Positions 45,753 through 54,255 of a DNA stretch of 54,255 nucleotides are shown piece after piece. The first letter of the stretch is position 1. Every line of letters begins with the position of its first letter. The notes beneath the pieces are model-generated. The model searched no databases and had not been told where the DNA came from. It saw nothing but the letters and a program-made list of their open reading frames with translations. The translations under genes and the position numbers were made by a program. Source of the DNA: Candidatus Uhrbacteria bacterium (GTDB taxonomy: Bacteria > Patescibacteriota > Patescibacteriia > UBA9934 > GWF2-40-263); NCBI GenBank assembly GCA_903843045.1, contig CAIMOJ010000027.1, positions 1 to 54,255 of the forward strand, given 5' to 3'.

Positions 45753-47231
45753 ATGCTCGTGCTTTTTCTCATCGCCGCCCTCGGCTTCCTCATCCTCACC
45801 TTTTTTCGCCCCCTCACCACCCTCGCGATCCTCGCCCTCTACCTCCCGTTCGAATCCGTCCTCCTCAAGCTCGCGCCCGACGAGATCTACGTCTACGCGC
45901 GCTTTTTCTCCGAGGGTCTCATCTACGTCCTCGCCGCGGTCGTCATCTGGCGCGCCCTGACGGGCACCATTCGCCTCCGCTCGACGCAGGCCGACCTTCC
46001 GTTCATCCTGTTTCTCGTCATCCTCCTCGCCTCCGTCGCCATCAACGCCGTCTCGCCGACGATCGCGATTCTTGGCACGCGCCAGATCATCCGGTTCATC
46101 CTCGTGTTTTTTATCGCCGTCCAGCTGAAGCCGACCCGCGACTACGTCCGCAATCTCACGCTTGCCCTGTTCGCGGTCGTCGGCCTCGAGTCTGTCCTCG
46201 GCATCGTCCAGTCGCTCTCCGGCGGATCGCTCGACCCGCTGCTCCTTCCGTCCGACGCGCATTCGCTCGGCGAGGTGACGCTGACCGGCGGCGTCGACGA
46301 GTTCTGGGAGCCGGGGTCGCGAGTGTTCGCGACGCTTGGGCGATATGATCGGCTTGGGAATTTCCTCTATTTCTTTTTGGCATTGGCGGTCGGATTTGCG
46401 TACGAGTTCTTTTTTATGCGTCGAGGGTCCGCGCCAATCTTGGAGAGAGGATCTTCCTGGCGCGCGGAGATCATCGCGCTGTTCGCCGTCGCCATCCCGA
46501 CGCTCATCCTCACCTACTCCCGCGCCTCGTGGTTCGCGTTCCTCCTTGCGTTCCTTTTCGTCGCCATCTGGATCAAGCGCGACCGCCGCGTGATGCTCGC
46601 CGTCGTGACCGTCATCGTCGGGGTTGTCGCCTACGTCGGAATCACAGGCCTGAACGTCCGCTACATCACCGAGGCGCCCGGACAGACGCTCGTGGAGCGA
46701 TTCTATGAGACGTTCAGCTACGCCCGCTGGCGCGGCGAATACTACGGCCTTGGACGCGTCTACTGGATGGTCCAGACCCCGCTCACCGTCGTGGCCGCGT
46801 CGCCGCTCTTCGGCTTCGGTCCCGGCCAGTTCGGCGGGGGAGCGGTCGTGGCGCTTGGCAACACGAAGGTGTACGAGCAGCTCGGCCTTCCGTTCGGCGT
46901 CTTCGGCACCGACGGGATCATCGACAACAACTGGTTCTCGCTCTGGGGCGAGACAGGCTGCCTCGGGATCTTCTTCTTCCTATGGATGTACCTCGGCCTG
47001 ATCGTCCACTGCGTCCGCGTATACCGACAAAGCAACGATCCGTTCGTCCGCGCCCTCTCGATCGGCGTCGCCGCCGCAATGCTCGGCGTCGCCATGAACG
47101 CGTTTTTGTCCACGGTGTTTGAGATCAGAACGCTCGCGTTCTACGTATGGATGTACGCGGGGTTCGTGGTGGTGCTGGGGGAAGGGGAGAATAGGGTTCC
47201 GAGGGGCGAAGGTTCGAAGAGCCTCGGGTAA
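45753..47231 (+). CDS. O-antigen ligase/Wzy_C family membrane protein
   Basis: RVFATLG, LTYSRASW, PLFGFGPGQF, IDNNWFSLWGETGCLG; many TMs; TGtTATACT-N8-ATG; last ~10 codons derive from the repeat arm. Confidence 0.82.
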   Translation: MLVLFLIAALGFLILTFFRPLTTLAILALYLPFESVLLKLAPDEIYVYARFFSEGLIYVLAAVVIWRALTGTIRLRSTQADLPFILFLVILLASVAINAVSPTIAILGTRQIIRFILVFFIAVQLKPTRDYVRNLTLALFAVVGLESVLGIVQSLSGGSLDPLLLPSDAHSLGEVTLTGGVDEFWEPGSRVFATLGRYDRLGNFLYFFLALAVGFAYEFFFMRRGSAPILERGSSWRAEIIALFAVAIPTLILTYSRASWFAFLLAFLFVAIWIKRDRRVMLAVVTVIVGVVAYVGITGLNVRYITEAPGQTLVERFYETFSYARWRGEYYGLGRVYWMVQTPLTVVAASPLFGFGPGQFGGGAVVALGNTKVYEQLGLPFGVFGTDGIIDNNWFSLWGETGCLGIFFFLWMYLGLIVHCVRVYRQSNDPFVRALSIGVAAAMLGVAMNAFLSTVFEIRTLAFYVWMYAGFVVVLGEGENRVPRGEGSKSLG

Positions 47232-47644
47232 CGATATGCTGTTTACCTATAAGGATCTGACTGTTTGGAACAAGGCCGTGGAGTTGGCTGATATTGTCTA
47301 TAAACTGACGAGGTCTTTTCCAACGGAGGAGAAGTGCGGGCTTGTTTCTCAAATGCGAAGATCCGCCGTCTCAATTCCGTCGAATATTGCCGAGGGGCGT
47401 CTGCGAGGCTCCGACAAGTCTTGTCGAAATTTTCTTCTCATTAGCTTCGGTTCCGCAGGAGAACTCGATACGCAGATCCAAATCGCAAAACGGATTCAGG
47501 AAACAGCGAGCCTTGACTTTCGTGTCGCCGAATCTCTCTTGGATGAAATTCTTCGAATGCTCAACCGCATGATCGAACAGTTGTCTGCGGCAGAGCACAC
47601 AAACCAATAAGCCCTCTTCTTGGCTCTTCGAACCTTCGCCCCTC
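47201..47644. mobile_element. IVS-like element: four-helix-bundle gene enclosed by perfect 23-bp inverted repeats
   Basis: GAGGGGCGAAGGTTCGAAGAGCC (47201-23) and its exact reverse complement (47622-44); mobility is inferred, no recombinase present. Confidence 0.65.
47236..47610 (+). CDS. Four helix bundle protein (23S rRNA IVS protein / TIGR02436-like, Avd-related)
   Basis: YKDLTVWNKA, FPTEEK, LVSQMRRSAVSIPSNIAEG, SAGELDTQI; visibly more AT-rich than its neighbours. Confidence 0.92.
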   Translation: MLFTYKDLTVWNKAVELADIVYKLTRSFPTEEKCGLVSQMRRSAVSIPSNIAEGRLRGSDKSCRNFLLISFGSAGELDTQIQIAKRIQETASLDFRVAESLLDEILRMLNRMIEQLSAAEHTNQ

Positions 47645-47670
47645 ATCACCCCTCCGAACCCTTTGCTCGT

Positions 47671-48918
47671 ATGCGCATCATCCAAGCCAACAAATTCTAC
47701 TTTATGAAGGGCGGGGCCGAGCGGTATATGCTCGACCTTTCCGCGTGGCTCGCATCGCAGGGCCATGAGATTCTTCCGTTCGCGATGCAACACCCGCAGA
47801 ATCTTCCCGCGACAACCTCGCCGTTCTTTCCCTCGTTCGTCGCGACCGAGAATGTCCGTCTCAACCTTGCGGGCGCGAAGACGTTCCTTCGCATGTTCTT
47901 CTCGTCGGAGGCATGGCAGAAGATGGCGCAGCTCGTCGACGCGAAACGGCCCGACGTCGCGCACGTCCATAACATCTATACCCAGCTGTCCCCGTCGATC
48001 CTCGACGCGCTCAAGTCCCGCCGCGTCCCCGTCGTGATGACCGTGCACGATCACCACCTGATTTCCCCTCAGTACAACGTCTGGGCCGCCGGCTGCGGCC
48101 CCGACGCGTCCGTTCCGAGCGTTGGCATGTCGACGGGAATCATCGCGGGCACGCTCTCCCGCTTCCACAAGAATTCCTACGCCGCATCGTTCGCGCAGGT
48201 TGCCGCCTTTAAGTTCCACTACAACCGCGGATCCTATCGCAATGCCGTCGACGTCTTCCTGTGCCCGTCCGACTACATCCGCCGGAAGATGATCGCGGCC
48301 GGGTTTCCCGAGGCGAAGCTCCGGACGAACCACTATGGGGCGGACCCGTCGTCCGTGGCGCCGTCCTACGGGCACAAGGGCTACATGCTGTACGTCGGCC
48401 GCCTCTCGGAGGAGAAGGGGGTCGAGACGGTCATCCACATTGCGCGCCAGCTGCCCGACGTCCCGTTCAAGATCGTCGGCACCGGGCCCGAGGAAGACCG
48501 GCTTCACGCGCTTGCGCACGGGTCGCCGAACATCGAGTTCGTCGGGTTCCGCTCGGGCGAGCTGCTTGCCGAGCTATACGCCGGCGCGATGGCCGTGCTC
48601 GCCCCGAGCCGCGTCCACGAGATCTTCCCGCTCATCACGCTCGAGGCGATGGTCCACGGCAAGCCGGTCATCGGCAGCAGCGTTGGCGGAATGCCCGAGG
48701 TCGTGGAGGATCGCGTCACGGGCCTCCTCGTGGCCCCGAACGACCTGCACGGCTGGGTCGAGGCGGTCATGCGACTGGCCTTCGACGAGGATTTCCGCCT
48801 CGGACTGGCGAGAAACGCCCGATTGGCGGCCGAAACGACGTTTCATGTCAAGAACCACCATGCGCGGGTTCTGAAGGCGTACGAGGACGCGCTTGCCATG
48901 CGCTCGGCGTCCGTCTAG
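47671..48918 (+). CDS. Glycosyltransferase family 4 (GT-B)
   Basis: NKFYFMKGGAERY, VMTVHD, YVGRLSEEKG, EIFPLITLEAM, GGMPEVV. Confidence 0.92.
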   Translation: MRIIQANKFYFMKGGAERYMLDLSAWLASQGHEILPFAMQHPQNLPATTSPFFPSFVATENVRLNLAGAKTFLRMFFSSEAWQKMAQLVDAKRPDVAHVHNIYTQLSPSILDALKSRRVPVVMTVHDHHLISPQYNVWAAGCGPDASVPSVGMSTGIIAGTLSRFHKNSYAASFAQVAAFKFHYNRGSYRNAVDVFLCPSDYIRRKMIAAGFPEAKLRTNHYGADPSSVAPSYGHKGYMLYVGRLSEEKGVETVIHIARQLPDVPFKIVGTGPEEDRLHALAHGSPNIEFVGFRSGELLAELYAGAMAVLAPSRVHEIFPLITLEAMVHGKPVIGSSVGGMPEVVEDRVTGLLVAPNDLHGWVEAVMRLAFDEDFRLGLARNARLAAETTFHVKNHHARVLKAYEDALAMRSASV

Positions 48919-48929
48919 GATGGATGCGT

Positions 48930-49082
48930 ATGGAACTCGACGAACCAACGGAACGTCCAAAGGAAGGTCCGGACGAGAAAGGCGAGAACAAGGAAAAGCC
49001 GTCGAAGGAATCCCGCCCAAAGCGAGACCGAGAGCCTCCGTCGGTCATGGAGAATTTTTTGGCGGGGTTTCGAAACCGATAA
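48930..49082 (+). CDS. Putative small charged protein (50 aa)
   Basis: TAGGAT-N8-ATG leaderless-type start; ends just before a strong terminator. Confidence 0.4.
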   Translation: MELDEPTERPKEGPDEKGENKEKPSKESRPKRDREPPSVMENFLAGFRNR

Positions 49083-49085
49083 GTC

Positions 49086-49117
49086 AAAGTCCCCGCCACT
49101 TCGTGGCGGGGACTTTT
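49086..49117. terminator. Bidirectional terminator
   Basis: AAAGTCCCCGCCAC-ttc-GTGGCGGGGACTTT perfect 14-bp stem. Confidence 0.85.
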
Positions 49118-49119
49118 GC

Positions 49120-50925
49120 CTATTCGACGATTGCCATTCCTCCGGCCATCGCGTCGTCCGGCAGGCTCGTCGTTATCGCGGTTCCGGACGCCGAGACGAA
49201 CGCGCCCGTCACCGCGTCGGTCGCGGTGACGCGGATATTCCTCAGCAGCGTCGGCGCGGTTCCGGCCTGGTCGGCAGTCGGCATGAGCGACACCTCGAAC
49301 GCGACGCCGACGATCCTGCTGTCCGGCGAGAGGGTCGGGGAGAGGGAATTGGCGGACCAGACGATCTGGTTGCCGGTCTCGGCGACCCCGCCGTTTATCG
49401 AGTCCGTCTGGCGTCCCGTGAACGCGACGTTTTCCCCGAGCTGGCCCTCGATGCGGACGTTCCGGAGCGCGTTCGTCGTTCCGCGGATGTTCCAGAAGAT
49501 CCAGTAGCTGGTCTCCTCGTCGACGGTCGGCGGCAGCGGGCCGCGTCCGATCTGGTCGCCACTCGGCGTCGCGTAGCGGCCGAACGAGCTGAGCACGAGC
49601 GGGGAGGTCATCACGGTCGTGATCGGACTGTCCGAGACGGTCGCCTGGCTGAGCTCGGCCATGTCGAACGTCGCCGAGGCGGTCGTCGCGAACGGGAGGT
49701 TCTCGTAGACCCTCGTCGCGCTCTGCTCGACGGACGTTCTCAGCGGAATCGAAAGCGTGATCGTCCCGGTCTGTCCCGGCTCGACCTTCGCGAGCTCGGG
49801 GTGCGATTGCTTGAAGTTGGCCTCGACGGTCTTCGTCGTCGCGAACGGGCTGTCGCTCGAGACGAAGATTCGCAGGTCCTGCACGGCAACGTCGCCGATA
49901 TTCTCGTACGTCACCGTGACGTTCGCGGAACCTCCGGGACGCACCGTGTCGGTTTCGACGCTGTGGGTAATTCGAATCGGCAGTGGCACGACCTCGGCAG
50001 CCTGCGTCAGCGTCTCCAGCTCGTAGGAATCGGTCCCGAAGGCGAACGACGGGCGGAATCGGAAGGCGAGCGGCTCGGTTGCGTTCCCGATGTTGCCGAC
50101 GAAGCGCGTCGTTCCCTCCGCCCCGGCCGTGAGCGCGGGGATGACGAACAGCCCGTCGCGCATCGGCTCGTCGGCGGAGACGAACGCGAATCCCGCCGGC
50201 CACTCCGGCGCGACGGTAACCTCCGGGTAGTCGATCGCTCCCGTGTTTTTGTACGTGAGCATCCCGTTCATCGGCTGGAACGCGAGGATTTTTTCCGGGA
50301 GGGAAAGCGACAGCTGGAGCGTCGATTTCGACGGCGAGAACGTCTGCGCGTCGGCCTTCTGTCCCGCGACGCTCTTCGCGCCGTGGACGAACGTCATGAC
50401 GCTCCGAAACGTCTGTTCGCCGCCAATCGGCCCGAACATGACCCCGCGGATCTTCACCGACCCGGTCCCGCCGACTGGGATCGTCCCGACCTCGACGACG
50501 CTCCCTTTCGCGACGACCACCCCTGACCCATCCTCCCTTTGAGGAGGGGAAACGATATCGACAGACTGCAGCAGAAAATGCGCGGGAAACTCAAAGACCA
50601 GATTCGCGTCGCGCAGTTCCTCGCCCGTCCTGTTCTCATACCGGATCACGAGCGTCGACGATGCCCCCGAGACGATCTCGCGCGGGGCGACCTCGGCGGC
50701 GAAGACGATCTTGTCCGCGAACGGGACCGGCTTGTACAGAAACAGGACGAGCGCCACGATCCCAAGGGCCGCGGCGAGCCCGATGAGCACGAGGTCGAAC
50801 GAGAACGCGAGGCGCGCGAACCGGTACCTTCCCTCGTACCGATTCTCATACCACCGAACGAGCGGCCACAGGAGAATCTTTCCCGGGTGGGAGGCGAGGG
50901 AGAGGGCTGATCGTCTGATTTGCAT
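49120..50925 (-). CDS. Membrane-anchored protein with tandem Ig-like (DUF11-like) domains
   Basis: One N-terminal TM; repeated L(T/V)YxNxG strand motifs. Confidence 0.65.
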   Translation of the reverse strand: MQIRRSALSLASHPGKILLWPLVRWYENRYEGRYRFARLAFSFDLVLIGLAAALGIVALVLFLYKPVPFADKIVFAAEVAPREIVSGASSTLVIRYENRTGEELRDANLVFEFPAHFLLQSVDIVSPPQREDGSGVVVAKGSVVEVGTIPVGGTGSVKIRGVMFGPIGGEQTFRSVMTFVHGAKSVAGQKADAQTFSPSKSTLQLSLSLPEKILAFQPMNGMLTYKNTGAIDYPEVTVAPEWPAGFAFVSADEPMRDGLFVIPALTAGAEGTTRFVGNIGNATEPLAFRFRPSFAFGTDSYELETLTQAAEVVPLPIRITHSVETDTVRPGGSANVTVTYENIGDVAVQDLRIFVSSDSPFATTKTVEANFKQSHPELAKVEPGQTGTITLSIPLRTSVEQSATRVYENLPFATTASATFDMAELSQATVSDSPITTVMTSPLVLSSFGRYATPSGDQIGRGPLPPTVDEETSYWIFWNIRGTTNALRNVRIEGQLGENVAFTGRQTDSINGGVAETGNQIVWSANSLSPTLSPDSRIVGVAFEVSLMPTADQAGTAPTLLRNIRVTATDAVTGAFVSASGTAITTSLPDDAMAGGMAIVE

Positions 50926-50926
50926 A

Positions 50927-52837
50927 TCAGTTCAATGACATCGTAAACACGTCGCTCGACAGCCCGATGATTTCCGCCCTGCCGTCCTTGTCGATGTCCG
51001 CGGCGGTAACTTCGACGCCGTTGCGCTCGCTTGCGTCCGCGGCGAAGAAGTCCGACTTCTTCTTTCCGTCGCGGTCGAACGTCCGAATTTCCGGGCTCCC
51101 TCCCTTTCCGGCCCCCGCGACGATGTCGCCGATTCCGTCTCCGTCCACGTCGCCGACCGCCACGTTCACGCCGCCCCGGAAGGCGGGATCGTAGGCGAAG
51201 AATCCCGGGTTGATGAGCCTGCCCGCCTTGTTGAAAACCCGTATCTGCGGTCCGCCTCCGACGCCGGCGCCGGCGATGATCTCGTCCACGCGGTCGCCGT
51301 TCAAATCGCCGATGGCCACGTTTACGCCGCCGCGGAACGCCGTGTCATACGCGAAGAAGCCGGGGTTGATGAGATTGCCATCCTTGTTGAAGATGCGAAT
51401 CTGCGGGCCGCCGCCGTTCTCCGTCCCCGTGACGATCTCGACGGACCCGTCGTGCTCGAGGTCGCCGATCGCGAGGTTGATGCCGAGCCTGAACGATTCC
51501 GTGTACGGCGCGAATTTGGCATGGACCGTGCCGTCGGCGTTATAGATCGTGACGTACGTGTTGTCCGCCACGACGGTCTCGTTCTTCCCGTCGCCGTCGA
51601 GGTCGTAGGAATTCACCTGCGTCCCGCCCTTCGCCCTGCGCTCGTAGGCGAAGAACCCGTTGCGCTTCGTCGCGCCGGTCGCGGAGAAGACGTGGGCGAA
51701 TGATCCGTTGAGATAGGTCGCGTCGACGATCGTCTCGAGCGGCCGGAGGAGAAGGATTCCGTCCTGCGGCGCGAGCGTGAGCTTGGAAACGATCGATCCG
51801 TTGTTCGTCGCGGGATCCTGGGTTCCGCGAAGCTTCTCGTATTCGCCGTCGAGCCTCACGGTCTGGGGGACGTTCGTCGGGTTGACGACGGTCTCGCCCT
51901 GCTCGTATTCGCGCTTCCAGACGTTCGACGTCTGTTCCGCGGATCCCTTCGGCGCGCCGAGCGACGCGGAGTACTCGTCGTACGTCCAGAGCTGCGCGTG
52001 GTTCTGCGTGCCGAAGTCGTAGCCGAAGTACCCGTCTCCAAGCAGCGTCGTGGCGAGCCCGAAGCGCATCTTCCGGTAGTTGGTCTGCGCGCCCGTGTTG
52101 TCCGTGTTCACGTTCACGGCGATGACCGCGTCGTGGCCGACCTTCGACGGGAGGGAGAGGTAGTCCTTCGTCTGCGACGTCCACGAGGAGGTCGGATCGC
52201 CGGCGGAAGGGAAGGTCTCGAACATGCGGCCGTTGACGTACGGCGTGAACGACGCCGAGGACGATCCGTTCGTGACGATCACCGCGGAGCTGCCAAGCTT
52301 CGATCGCGTCACGGCCAGGAGGTGCGCGTACCCGCTCTTCCAGTCGTCGCGGTCCTGCACCTCGTCGTAAAAGATTCCATCCCAGAGTCCCGTGCCCATC
52401 ACGTTGGTCTTCGCGAACTCGGCGAGATAATCCGACCATCCGGAGTTCAGGTCGAGCGCGGTCGTGTTCGGCCAGATGGAAACGCGCCCGCCGTTCGCGT
52501 CCTTCAGCCACCAGTCGGGACGGATCCCGCGCTTCATCTGCGCGTGGAGCGGATCGGACCAGAAGGCGTTGTTCCACGAGACGGTCGGGACGTACGCGAG
52601 GATGATGATGTCGGGGTTCAGTTTTCGCACGGCGGAAAAAAACGGCTTGTTGTATACTTGGGCCTCGGACGGGATGACGATCAGGTCGAAGGAGGACAGC
52701 GTCGCGATGGTCGCCTGGTTCTCCAGCGCGGATCCGGACATCAGGTAGTAGTTCGACGTCCGCACAAAGTCGCCGTTCGCCGCGAGCGCGGCAACGGGGA
52801 AGAGGAGGGAAGTCAGGATGATCGCGAGGTACTTCAT
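50927..52837 (-). CDS. Secreted putative glycoside hydrolase (TIM barrel, GHL15/GH114-like) fused to FG-GAP/VCBS repeats
   Basis: Signal peptide; WDGIFYDE, NGRMFETF, MRFGLATTLL; four GD(L/V)xGDG-type repeats with GGPQIRxF. Confidence 0.7.
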   Translation of the reverse strand: MKYLAIILTSLLFPVAALAANGDFVRTSNYYLMSGSALENQATIATLSSFDLIVIPSEAQVYNKPFFSAVRKLNPDIIILAYVPTVSWNNAFWSDPLHAQMKRGIRPDWWLKDANGGRVSIWPNTTALDLNSGWSDYLAEFAKTNVMGTGLWDGIFYDEVQDRDDWKSGYAHLLAVTRSKLGSSAVIVTNGSSSASFTPYVNGRMFETFPSAGDPTSSWTSQTKDYLSLPSKVGHDAVIAVNVNTDNTGAQTNYRKMRFGLATTLLGDGYFGYDFGTQNHAQLWTYDEYSASLGAPKGSAEQTSNVWKREYEQGETVVNPTNVPQTVRLDGEYEKLRGTQDPATNNGSIVSKLTLAPQDGILLLRPLETIVDATYLNGSFAHVFSATGATKRNGFFAYERRAKGGTQVNSYDLDGDGKNETVVADNTYVTIYNADGTVHAKFAPYTESFRLGINLAIGDLEHDGSVEIVTGTENGGGPQIRIFNKDGNLINPGFFAYDTAFRGGVNVAIGDLNGDRVDEIIAGAGVGGGPQIRVFNKAGRLINPGFFAYDPAFRGGVNVAVGDVDGDGIGDIVAGAGKGGSPEIRTFDRDGKKKSDFFAADASERNGVEVTAADIDKDGRAEIIGLSSDVFTMSLN

Positions 52838-53145
52838 GGGTTCCCAGGGACGTTCGTCCCGATTGTCTCGTCCTCGATCGACTTCGGATTCGGGGAGAAC
52901 AGTTTGTTCTTTATGCGCCACTGGTTCACGTACTGGCCGATCCCCGTTTTGTCGCGCTTGTTGCGGACGGTCGTGGTATCCTGTGACCACTTGAGCAGGC
53001 TCTCAAAGTTCAGCTTATACCTTCCTTGGACCACGACATAGGTAATTTGTCCATCGGCCACGGCCCGACGGATCGTCCTCTGGGACACGCCGAACATCCG
53101 GGCGGCCTCGGAAACGGAGAGACGGATGATGGAGGTGATGGGCAT
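52834..53145 (-). CDS. Small helix-turn-helix (excisionase/MerR-like) DNA-binding protein
   Basis: LSVSEAARMFGVSQRTIRRAV; ATGA overlap with the downstream gene. Confidence 0.8.
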   Translation of the reverse strand: MPITSIIRLSVSEAARMFGVSQRTIRRAVADGQITYVVVQGRYKLNFESLLKWSQDTTTVRNKRDKTGIGQYVNQWRIKNKLFSPNPKSIEDETIGTNVPGNP

Positions 53146-53150
53146 AGCGT

Positions 53151-53232
53151 GAGGAGGGTTCGTAGGGTTGAGGAGGGTCGAAGGTTCGAAGGGTCGAGGT
53201 TCTTCGAACCTGGAACCCTGGTCACCCTAACC
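53151..53232. repeat. Gene-less palindromic copy of the octamer-unit repeat
   Basis: AGGTTCGAAG (53182-91) / CTTCGAACCT (53202-11) perfect IR, flanked by AGGGTT / AACCCT units. Confidence 0.8.
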
Positions 53233-53305
53233 CAAGTTTGTCCACACCAGTGTAGCCAAAATCATCTAAAAAGTCCACTAAAACCGTGCAAACCACTCCA
53301 AACCC

Positions 53306-53334
53306 TTGATTTTTTGGCTAAAGTAAGCTATACT
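53306..53334 (+). promoter_or_regulatory. Sigma70 promoter of the ECF sigma operon
   Basis: TTGATT-N17-TATACT. Confidence 0.6.
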
Positions 53335-53374
53335 GACCTCCTTTTGTAACAAATTTCCAAACCCATCTATTCCT

Positions 53375-53920
53375 GTGCATAGCGAACGCGAAAAATTCCT
53401 TCTCTTCCGGATTCGGACGCACCAGGACCAGCGGGCATTTGCCGAACTGTTCCTGGAGTATAAGAAATCCCTGTACACGTTCTTGTGCAGCCGGCTCTCC
53501 TCGACCGAGGACGCCGACGACATGTTGAACACGGTTTTCCTGCGGGCATGGAACTTTGTTCTCACCTCGCACTCCACCGACAAGGATCACTTCTCCGGCC
53601 TGGTCTTCCACATCGCCCGCTATGCGATCAAGGACTACTGGAAGGGAAAAAAGAACGACGCGTCGCTCTCCGAGATGCAGGAATCCGGACACGACTTCGA
53701 GGACACGCAGCGGTCGTCCGGCGCCATCGAGGCGAACGCGGAACTCCGCATGATCAAGGACGCGCTTCACAAGCTGCCGGAAGATTTTCAGGAAGTGATC
53801 GCGCTCCGCGTCTTCGAACAGCTCGACTTCAACGAGATCGCCAAGCGAATGGAAAAGACGGCCGGCGCCGTGCGAGTGACCCTTCACCGGGCGCTCAAGG
53901 AACTCCGAACACACCTATGA
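53375..53920 (+). CDS. ECF-type sigma-70 family RNA polymerase sigma factor
   Basis: Region 2 (AFAELF...DADDMLNTVFLRAW...FHIAR) and region 4 (LHKLPEDFQEVIALR...EIAKRM...VRVTLHRAL); GTG start. Confidence 0.9.
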   Translation: MHSEREKFLLFRIRTHQDQRAFAELFLEYKKSLYTFLCSRLSSTEDADDMLNTVFLRAWNFVLTSHSTDKDHFSGLVFHIARYAIKDYWKGKKNDASLSEMQESGHDFEDTQRSSGAIEANAELRMIKDALHKLPEDFQEVIALRVFEQLDFNEIAKRMEKTAGAVRVTLHRALKELRTHL

Positions 53921-54255
53921 CGAATAACGAACTCATCGCGCTGCTGAAGAAGCACAAGGACGCCCCCGAACTGGGAGGCGCCGTTGGCGTTTCCCACGAC
54001 GACGCGGCGTGGGCTCGTCTGTCGTCTGAGATCGGATCGGACGCCAAGCTCGAGCGCGCGACCTACTCGATGGTCGACTATCTCCAGTACGTCAACTATC
54101 AATTCTCCCACGTCCTCCTCAAGCCGATGTCGGTCGGCTTCTCCGCGGTTATGCTCATCTTCGGAAGCTGGGTCGCCACGGTGAACGCCTCGTTCGACTC
54201 CGTGCCGGGCGACGTCCTCTATCCGGTGAAGCTCGCCACCGAGCACGCGCAGATC
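53917..54255 (+). CDS. DUF5667-domain membrane protein (probable anti-sigma partner), 3'-truncated
   Basis: ATGA overlap with the sigma gene; TM then SVPGDVLYPVKLATE; runs off the window end. Confidence 0.75.
   Translation, partial: MTNNELIALLKKHKDAPELGGAVGVSHDDAAWARLSSEIGSDAKLERATYSMVDYLQYVNYQFSHVLLKPMSVGFSAVMLIFGSWVATVNASFDSVPGDVLYPVKLATEHAQI

Noticed and set aside
47236-47610. Diversity-generating retroelement suggested by the Avd-like four-helix protein
   Set aside because: No reverse transcriptase and no template/variable repeat pair differing only at adenines was seen in the window.
52834-53145. Prophage or integrative element implied by an excisionase-like HTH
   Set aside because: No integrase, att repeats or phage genes nearby; the gene is translationally coupled to a cell-surface operon.

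Overview
High-GC bacterial chromosome segment in standard genetic code (TGA ends many conserved genes). Gene content and protein families suggest a Patescibacteria/CPR (Parcubacteria-like, possibly Uhrbacteria) genome; this is inference, not proven. Core genes: ybeY-dgkA-ftsA-ftsZ-nrdR-htrA-pyk, an HI0933 flavoprotein, an ABC-F, a MacAB-like ABC efflux trio, tRNA-Asp(GTC), an aldo/keto reductase, a pseudouridine synthase, infC-rpmI-rplT, an orphan isocitrate-type dehydrogenase, smpB with a convergent tmRNA, an AI-2E transporter, a degenerate HtrA, Wzz-like, SWIM-SNF2, O-antigen-ligase/GT4/glycoside-hydrolase surface-glycan genes and an ECF sigma/DUF5667 pair. Most notable observations: (1) a dispersed, stop-free octamer-unit repeat (core GAGGG[T/G]CG-AAGGTTCG-AAGAGCC). 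It forms perfect 23-bp inverted arms around a four-helix-bundle (IVS-protein/Avd-like) gene, occurs as a gene-less palindrome at 53.15-53.23 kb, and sits in frame as solo arms inside pyk and the HI0933 gene (25-bp exact match, opposite coding orientation). (2) Five monocistronic, myxobacterial-style Asp/Cys-rich MopE-motif surface proteins; one is bracketed by two related AT-rich elements with perfect 22-bp and 46-bp terminal inverted repeats. (3) A candidate sRNA and a 5' leader that both display anti-Shine-Dalgarno loops, in a genome where core genes look near-leaderless and accessory genes are SD-led. (4) A 129-nt hairpin abutting the tmRNA 5' end, and an unusually long 25-codon tmRNA tag. 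No CRISPR array, integrase, transposase or reverse transcriptase was seen.
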